Origin: Paraspadella gotoi
Taxonomy: Eukaryota; Animalia; Chaetognatha
Assembly (NCBI GenBank): GCA_051294375.1
Contig: CM119267.1
Location: 1,809,547-1,873,546 of the forward strand
Length of the DNA stretch: 64,000 bases
Reading direction: 5' to 3'
Shown: positions 55,110 through 64,000 of the stretch, piece after piece
How positions within the stretch are numbered: position 1 is the stretch's first letter
How the letters are laid out: each line of letters begins with the position of its first letter
The notes under the pieces: generated by a model
Databases searched by the model: none
What the model was told of the DNA's origin: nothing
What the model saw: the letters and a program-made list of their open reading frames with translations, nothing else
Position numbers and translations under genes: made by a program

Positions 55110-55539
55110 GTGAGTTGTGGGCAATATGTGGGGAGGATGAATCTTGTGGGTTGTGGGCAATGTTGGGGGAATGGATCCGAATTATAGTCTGAATTCATAT
55201 CGACAAAATCAAATCAGTTTTTTTATCATTCATTGATTGAAAGCCAATTGTTTACAATTCGTCGGATGCACATCAAACTTTGATTCTTCTTGTTTATTGG
55301 TGAATCTTTTCAGTGACTGAGTGAATTATACTAAATTCTTCTTCCGGTTATTGAGGTAAAAGGTGAAAGTCTGAAACCTTATTATCTGGAGAAATATAAT
55401 CTTGTGGTTTGATTAAAGATGAGGAGAAAGACGACGACGACGACGACGACGACGAAATAATTATGAAGTCGAATGATGATAAGTCATATATCGGAATCTC
55501 ATCCGATTTTCCCGAAATAAATCGAAAAAGATAATTGAT

Positions 55540-55577
<38 letters not shown>

Positions 55578-56786
55578 NNNNNNNNNNNNNNNNNNNNNNN
55601 NNNNNNNNNNNNNNNNNNNNNNNNNNNNNNNNNNNNNNNNNNNNNNNNNNNNNNNNNNNNNNNNNNNNNNNNNNNNNNNNNNNNNNNNNNNNNNNNNNNN
55701 NNNNNNNNNNNNNNNNNNNNNNNNNNNNNNNNNNNNNNNNNNNNNNNNNNNNNNNNNNNNNNNNNNNNNNNNNNNNNNNNNNNNNNNNNNNNNNNNNNNN
55801 NNNNNNNNNNNNNGAGAGAGAGAGAGAGAGAGAATTGCTACAAGTTACTAAGTCAATAATCAGAAATGTTTTTCTTTGAAGATGAAGAGTCTATGAGGAG
55901 AGTGAAAGAGAGAGAGATCGTTCCCGACTCCCGAGTTAATGATGGAAAGTAAATAAGAGTAGAGAGACAGAGAGAGCGAGAGAGATAGAGAGAGAGAGGG
56001 AGAGAGAGAGGGAGAGAGAGAGAGAGAGAGACAGAGAGAGAGAGAGAGAACGATTAGGGGAGAGTTTGTACGAGAAGCAGAAGATGAATGATGATGATGC
56101 TTTGTAACCCAACGAGCAAATATGTCAATATTGTGATATGTTTTAAACTAATTTCTGACTCACTCAAACCTTATAATTGAGAAAATCCAAACATAAAATT
56201 AAAGATATTCACAATAGGAATTCACACCGACCAACTTTTTCAATGAAACGAGAAACTTTGTGAATTGTGATTTGTGAAAAAGGAAAATTCATTTCCGGAT
56301 TTTTTTTTATTTTCATTCTTTTCTCTTGTTTCTTGTGAACGAAAACAAACAGAGGACGACGACGACGACGACAACAACAACAACAACAACGCCGCCTTCC
56401 GTCTCAATTTTCTTTGTCTTCGACCAAAAAAAGAAAAAAAAAAGAAAAAAGAAAGAAAATCATCTGGATTCTCACAAAATCACGTCTCATGGTGCCAACG
56501 ATTTTTTTATGGGGAAATTTAAACGCGAGAATCTAAGAACGATTTCACTACCATGGGTTTTCTTCTTTTTTTTCTCTTCTCTTCTCTTCTTTTCTTTTCT
56601 TGTCTTCTCTTTTCTTCATTTCTATTCTCTTCTCTTCTCTTTTTTCTCTTCTCTTCTCTTCTCTTCTCTTCTCTTCTCTTCTCTTCTCTTCTCTTCTCTT
56701 ATTTTCTCTTATTTTCTCTTTTTTTTCTTCTTTTCTATATTTTTTTAATAACTTACCTGATTTTTACATTTTATTCTACCTTCTCC

Positions 56787-56862
<76 letters not shown>

Positions 56863-57015
56863 TTCTTTTTTTCTTCTTTCTTCATTGTTTTATTCAAATC
56901 TCACGATTTAACAAATCAACTTTTTCCTTCGCGTCTCACTTCATTTTTTCCTTTTTTTTCTTTTTCCGTTTTGCCAATCTTTCCTTTCACTCAGGTTCAT
57001 TTTTATCCCTTCTGT

Positions 57016-57104
<89 letters not shown>

Positions 57105-58058
57105 CACACGCAGCATAAACCTTGCGCGCAATTCCGTCTATATCGTGATTTGTTGTAAGTTCCGGTTCTAGATCCAACGGAGCCCCGATCGAGCATTTCT
57201 CTCAAAGCGTTGGCGAATCGAGGTCCTGAATGAACTCAACTTCCACGACCTCAGTGAACAAAAAAATGTGTTTTTTTTTATATAATATAAGTAGAAATTG
57301 AAATAAAAAGAGAAATACTACGTAATAATAAGATTCAGTTATATTATTTACGATGGAAACTGAAGCCGTTGACCAACTGAATCCAAATGGTCAGTGATTC
57401 AGTCCCTTTCTGTCAACAGTCTCGTTGGTACATTGTTTATTGTTCATTTGTTCATTCTCAGGGGTTGATTTGATTGTTCATTTGTTTATTGTTCATTTGT
57501 TCACCTTAACTCGAGATGAAAACAAACAAGAAATCACAGATGAAAAAATCCAACGCCTTCATTTTTGTGAGGGAGGGAAGACGACGAAGACGACGAAGAA
57601 GAAGAAGACGACGACGACGACGACAACAAAGAAGACGACGACAAGGACGACGACAAAAAAGACGACGACGACGACGACGAAAACCAAGAAAGGACGACAA
57701 CGACAAAGATAAAGATAACAAAGAAGACGACGACGATGATGATGACAACTACGACGATGACGACGACGACGACGACGAAGACAAGGATAACAAAGAAGAA
57801 GAAGAAGACGACGACGACGACGACGACTGTTTGCCGGAGTTTGGCGACCGAAAACGAATAGTTCGACCTTGAACAAAACAAAGGATGAAATTCTGTCGAA
57901 TCTCGACTTCCTATTCTCTCTCATTTTTTCGGTTTTGGATTCTTAGACTGAGATTTAATCTAATATGTTATTTATTTTATTATTTATTATTTCTTATTTA
58001 TTTATTTATTTTATTATTTATTTTATTTCTTAGATTTAGATTTAATCTAATTTGTTTA

Positions 58059-58390
58059 CTGATTGGTTATACCGTATCAGCCACCATCCACTGATTGATT
58101 AGCTTGAATACTTTACATTGATTGATTTAATAGACCTTCTTTTACTGATTGGTTAGATCTACCTTTGTCCTCAGGTAGCTTAGACAATCATCTTTCGTTG
58201 ATTGGTTATATCGTCTGACCAATTGGTTAGATCAACCACCTTTCACTGATTGGTTAGATCCACCGCCTTCCACTGATTGGTTTGATCGATTACCTTCGAC
58301 TGATTGGTTTGATCGACCACCTTCCACTGATTGGTTTGATCGACCACCTTCCACTGATTGGTTTGATCGACCACCTTCCACTGATTGGTG
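58059..58390 (+). repeat. 27-bp minisatellite (ttccactgattggtttgatcgaccacc)
   Basis: Near-perfect units at 58246, 58273, 58300, 58327, 58354 and 58381, with degenerate units upstream. Confidence 0.92.
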
Positions 58391-58504
58391 GATCTGAGAA
58401 GAAAAACCTCAGAATCCCTGACGATTAAGCTGAGGATCAAAAAAGAGACTCTTTTTTCACGAAGAAAAGAGCATCCCACCTTTTTGGTTCCATCCTCGCC
58501 TAGA

Positions 58505-58588
<84 letters not shown>

Positions 58589-58710
58589 CTCTCTTTCTCT
58601 CTCTCTCTGACCAAACAAAAGGAGGGTAGGGTCTCTCGCTTTTCTCTGGATCAAACTGGGGATTAGGGTGACTTTGACAATTGGGAGGCGTCACGAGAAG
58701 GAACACATTT

Positions 58711-58741
<31 letters not shown>

Positions 58742-59828
58742 CTCTTTCTTTCTTTCTTTCTTTCATTTTTCTTTCTTGTCTTTGTGACCATTTTGGGTCA
58801 ACACTTGTCCCTAAACAATGAAAAACGTTTCAGACTCAAATGGGAGAAAAATTGAAGAAAAAAATAAGAAAATAAACTCAAAACTCGAAATTATTAAATT
58901 ATCGAATTGTTATAATATTAAATTACTAAATTAGCAAATTATGAAATTTTTTAAATTATCAAATTATTAATTATCATATAAATAAATTAGTAAATAAGTA
59001 AATTCAGTATAGAATGGAAAAAAACAACTAGGAAAACAACTTTGAAAAACAAGTTGAAAAGAACCCGTACTCAGAATGTAAAAAGAATCTTTAAAAAAAA
59101 GGAAGCAAATAAAGAGAAAAAAAAACTTATGTACAAAAAGACTAAAGCGAAAATAAAGCGATCCTAGGATTAACGGATTTTTCTCCCTCATCGCCTGCCA
59201 GAGAGTCTTAAGACGTCTCTCTCTCTCTCTCTCTTTCTCTAAATTCCTCATTTTTTTTGCGTTTGCGGATTTTCCAACGTCAGTTTTTCTGTCTACCTTG
59301 ATCTTGGATTGTCATTTTGTCTGCCTGTCAGTTTATCTGTCACTTCGTCTCTGAACACTCAACTATTTCTGTCAGTATAATTCTGAGCAGGTATGCAAAC
59401 TTAAATTTTTTTTTTCTGACTTGACAATTAAAGGCAATTAATGTCTCTAAAATTTAAACTCTCTCTCTCTCTCTCTGTCTCTCTCTCTATCTCTCTCTNN
59501 NNNNNNNNNNNNNNNNNNNNNNNNNNNNNNNNNNNNNNNNNNNNNNNNNNNNNNNNNNNNNNNNNNNNNNNNNNNNNNNNNNNNNNNNNNNNNNNNNNNN
59601 NNNNNNNNNNNNNNNNNNNNNNNNNNNNNNNNNNNNNNNNNNNNNNNNNNNNNNNNNNNNNNNNNNNNNNNNNNNNNNNNNNNNNNNNNNNNNNNNNNNN
59701 NNNNNNNNNNNTTTCCCCTTTTCCCCTGTCATTCTTCTTCCCTTGCGTCCTCTTCCTCCTCCCATTGGATTAACGAAGTTTCGCTCCTCCTCTTTTCTTC
59801 AAAAATCTCTGACGCGGCGGAACGTCGT

Positions 59829-59891
<63 letters not shown>

Positions 59892-60018
59892 ATTCTTACC
59901 GCGAATTCTCTTTGTCTTTTTTGCTGCCGTTTTCTCTATACTTGCAACTGGCTTTGTCGTTGTCGTTGTCGTCGACATCCTCGACTTTGTCATTCTCGTC
60001 TTTGTCATCCTTCTCGCC

Positions 60019-60061
<43 letters not shown>

Positions 60062-60889
60062 TCCTCGTCGTCGTCGTCATCGTCGTCACTCTTTGTCATT
60101 TCTCCTTCCATCTCACATCAAAATCTTTTCTACCTCATTTTTTTTCATGAGAAAAAAAAATTGAACTGAAATTTTAAAAACTTTTTTCGCATTAATAATT
60201 TAAAATTCGTGACGTAAACCGTGAAAACTTTAAATTCTGACAGAAGACGGGATTTTGGCAAAAACCTTACTCTAATTATTTAATTTATTACGATAATTGT
60301 GTTGATGGTCATCCTAAAAAAAACCATCAGTACCACTTTTTGTTTATCTGCTCTTTTGTTCGAAGCAGCAGTTAACTCCTTCTCTTTTCTCTTCCATTTT
60401 CTATCTTCTCTTTCTCTCATCCTCTTCTTTCCTCTCCTTTCCTCCCCTCCCTCTTCTTTCTTTTCCCTCTAGCCTCCCTCTCCCCTCCTCCCCTCCTCTC
60501 TCTCCTCCTCTCCTCTCGTCTCCTCCCTCTCCCCCTCTTCCCCTCTCCTCCTCCCCTCTCCCCCTCTCTTCTCCCTAACTTCTCCTCTCTCATTACCCTC
60601 TTCTCCTCGCTATGCCTCTCTTTTTCTCCATCTCCCCCAATTTTTTTTCCCTTTATTTGGCGGCATCCAATTATACCGTCGGATCGCTTTATAAATAATT
60701 CCAGTTCTTTGCTGAGGTTTCTTTCCTTTTTTTTCTTTTCTTTTTTTCTTTCCTTTTTTTCTTTCCTTTTTTCTTTCTTTTTTCTACTTTTTTCTTTCTT
60801 TTTTCTCCTTTTTTCTCTGTTTAAAAAAATTGTTATCCCCTTTTTTCCTTTTTCCTTCTTTCTTTTCTTTTTTCCTCACTTTTTTACTC

Positions 60890-61092
60890 ATTTCCCTTCC
60901 TTTTTCTCTCCTTTCTCCTTTTTCTCTCCTTTCCTTTCCTTTTTCTATCCTTTCCCTTCCTTTTTATCTCCTTTCACTTCCTTTTTCTCTCCTTTCTCCT
61001 TTTTCTCTCCTTTTCTTTCCTTTTTCTCTCCTTTCCCTTCCTTTTTCTCTCCTTTCCCTTACTTTTTCTCTCCTTTCCCTTCCTTTTTCTCT
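60890..61092 (+). repeat. ~21-bp polypyrimidine minisatellite (tttttctctcctttcccttcc)
   Basis: Direct reading. Confidence 0.85.
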
Positions 61093-61281
61093 TCCGCTCT
61101 CAGATTTATCTCTCGATATTCTTCCCCCATCTCTCTCCCTCCCTTTTTTTTTTTCCTTATCTTTTTTAATCTTTTTTCAAGCTTTTTTTAATTCCACGAA
61201 ACCAGAGACTCGAGTCGGGGAAATCCCTTTTTTGCTCGGGGGGAAAATCTGAGGCGGAGAAAGAGGTGGGGTTGAGGTAAG

Positions 61282-61361
<80 letters not shown>

Positions 61362-64000
61362 TGTTTAATAACAAAACGACAAAAAGTATCTTTGCATTAT
61401 TTTCTACAATAAGAAAGACGATGACGACGACGACGACAACTACGATGTCATAGACGACGATGACGACAACAACAACAACAACAACTATGTCGCCTTTCTT
61501 TTTTCTTTCTTTTTTTTTCTTTTGATTGACAGAAAAGAATCTCCATCCCGACGACGTCCTTCTCATTTGCATAACAGAGTGACACCAAATCCGTCGCTCG
61601 ACCACCAACCACGTCTTAACCACCACATCTTAACCACCACATCCTCGTCACCACATCCTATCCACAATCTTCAACCTCACCGACAGACTTTCGAAACTCA
61701 CCACCAAATATTTCTTTTCGACGGGATCTCCCATAAACCACCGAGCCACTTTCAAAACCACCACACAACCAAATCTTTCTTTTTTTCTCTCGCCCCAAAA
61801 AAAAAAAATCTTGGGCATCCCCCAAATTCTGCCGTTTTTCTTTTTCGGAATTCTGACGACGTCGACAAATGCCACCTTTGCCATCTTTTCCACTTTTCTA
61901 CACCTATTTTTTGCCACAACCTCTCCCCATTTTCGCCACTCCCTCCCCACCCCCCTTCACTTGGCCGCCCTTTATTTTCAACACCCCAGGCCCCTCTTCA
62001 GCTGTCGTTCTCAACTTTTCCCGCTTCCCGAAACCCTTATTGGTCACCTTGCTTCCCGCCCACCCCGCCTAATGCCATTTTTCATTTGGGCCCATTATCT
62101 CTCCTCTGCTCATCTCTTCTTCCTCCTCCCTTTACTCATCCTCTCTCTCTCTCTCTCTCTCTTCTTCTCTCTCTCTCTCTCTTCGTCTCTCTCTTCCCCG
62201 CGCGCAACTCTGTTTTGCATCTCATATTGATTATGGAGAATCAACTGCGTGCTCCCGCATTCCCAATCCGGCGCCCGCCGCCGCACGCGCCGCCGCCCTC
62301 CGCCGCCACCGCACGCCATTCATCGTGATTTGCCCCTAGTTTCACTTCACTCTCTCTACGTTCTATCTCTTTCTTCTTAATATCTACCCTTTTTTTTCTT
62401 CCCTCCTTTTTTCCCTCTTTCTTTTCTTCCTCCTTTTCTGCCCTCTTTCTATTTCTCCTCCTTATTCTCCCGTCTTTTCTTCCTCCTTTCTCTCTCCTTC
62501 TCTTTTCTTCCTCTTTTTCCCTCCTTTTCTACCTCTTTCTTTTCTCCTTCCTTTTTACCTTCTTTCTTTTCTTCATCCTTTTCTTCGCTTTTCTTTCTTA
62601 TCTCTTTTTTCCCTCTTTCTTTCTCCTTCTTTTCTCCTCTTTTCTTTTCTTCCTCCTTTTCTCTCTCTTATTTTTCTTCCTTCTTTTCTGACCTCTTTCT
62701 TTCTCCCTCCTTTCTCCTTTCTTTCTTCCTCCTCTCCACCTCCTCTCTCCCCCTCTATGGCGACTCGATTCCCAATGTCTTTTGTTTATCTTTTGTTTTT
62801 CCCCTTTTGTTTTCTGTTTACTCGACGCCGCAAGCCGGGCTCGCGGTCGCCAATTGGCCGGTGCCATTTTCGACGCCAATGAGATTCTTTTTTCTCTGCT
62901 TCCCCTGGCTTTTTTTCCTCCTATCGACGGAATACAGGGAAGGGGGAAACTCTCTCTCTCTCTCTCTACTCTCTCCTCTTCTCTTCTCTCTCTCTCTCTC
63001 TCTCTCTTCTCTTGCTTTTTTATTTTTTTCCTTTGTAATTTTATGATTGTCAAAAATTATTGTTGTTAAAAATTCATATTCATCTCTCTATAATCATCAT
63101 GATCATCATCATCATCATCCATCATCATATATCATCATCATCATTTCATCCTCATCATCCTTTTTCCTTTTTCCATTGCACAGCAGCTATACAACAAAAT
63201 TTTTATTTTCCCTGCACAATACTGTTCATTTTCGCACCATTACTAGATTTTCTAGCTCAATGAATACAAAAACAAAACCACACAAAAATTTTCAGATCAC
63301 GCCCACCTTTTCACAAACACCCCTCCTTTCCACGCTATGCCACAATTTCCAGCACCACACCACCATTTTCCACAGCCACGCCCCAACAATTTCCAGCTCA
63401 ACGGTCGAATCGCGTGACTCGAGATCGCAGCGAAGGAATTATCTTCGATGTTCGTTGAATTCGAGGAAGAAGAGGAGGAGTAGGAGAGGAAAGAGGAGGT
63501 GAAGAGGATGAGGAGGAGAGTGAAGAGAAAGATGAGGGAAGGAGGAAAGTGCGAAGGGGAGAATAGAAAGGTATGAAAAAGGGAAATAATAAATGTATAA
63601 TTTTGTATGTTTTGTTTACTTTTCTTGGAAGAATTTAGATAACGTTAACGGACGACCGACCGAAAACACAGGACCGGACAGACCGACTACGACAAAAAAG
63701 AACCGACGATTTAAAAAGCCGTCAATCGAATATAGGCGTAAAAGAAAAAAAAAAAAGAAAGATCCGTTAAGGAAGAAATTGTCGCCCGAAAAAAACCCCA
63801 AATTTGCGCTTCAAATTTCTTTTGATGCAAAAAAATTAAAAAAAAAATGAGAAGAAAAATTCAGAAGGAAAATAAATTCAAAACTTTATTAGTGGAAAAA
63901 AACATCTGGAGATTCCTTGTGGGTTTTTTTGAAAGTGGGAGGGAAGGGTGGAGGGTAAAGGGGAAGGGGAAAAGATGGTGGCTTGGTGGGTGGCGAATGA

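Noticed and set aside
54965-55192. 75-aa ORF as a standalone LIM protein
   Set aside because: It is an internal exon; real boundaries are 54913-55109 and the tail ([12 protein letters not shown]...) is intron read-through.
57516-57872. Acidic ORF as Lhx1/5 linker exon
   Set aside because: (GAC/GAA)n low complexity with no convincing splice sites in phase 1.
58240-58390. CRISPR-like array
   Set aside because: Head-to-tail 27-bp units with no unique spacers, no cas genes and a eukaryotic context.
61522-62328. 268-aa ORF / acceptor at 61532 as next Lhx1/5 exon
   Set aside because: Splicing in the required phase hits a stop after ~16 codons; no homeodomain motif; the ORF is compositionally biased.

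Overview
Eukaryotic (animal) genomic DNA from a draft scaffold. It is AT-rich, dense in (GA)n/(GAC)n microsatellites, has many N gaps (seven of exactly 25 N) and contains long indel-noisy stretches that look like unpolished long-read fill. The one confidently identifiable gene is a LIM-homeodomain gene of the Lhx1/5 (Lim1) class on the + strand. Three coding exons (42337-42434, 48764-48892, 54913-55109) splice in frame to give both LIM domains; the homeobox exons are not visible. Also present: a complete ~0.8 kb TRIM-like mini LTR element (LTRs, PBS, PPT, 4-bp TSD), a nested foldback element with a minimal hammerhead-ribozyme core in Lhx1/5 intron 1, two interspersed repeat families, Helentron-associated (HINE/DINE-1-like) fragments and a 3.2 kb purine minisatellite with higher-order structure. 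A probable error-ridden minus-strand multi-exon membrane-protein gene (~27.0-31.7 kb) shows voltage-sensor-like motifs. Several direct and inverted duplications are most likely assembly artefacts. Nearly all ORFs in the supplied track are low-complexity noise. No prokaryotic systems or CRISPR arrays were seen.
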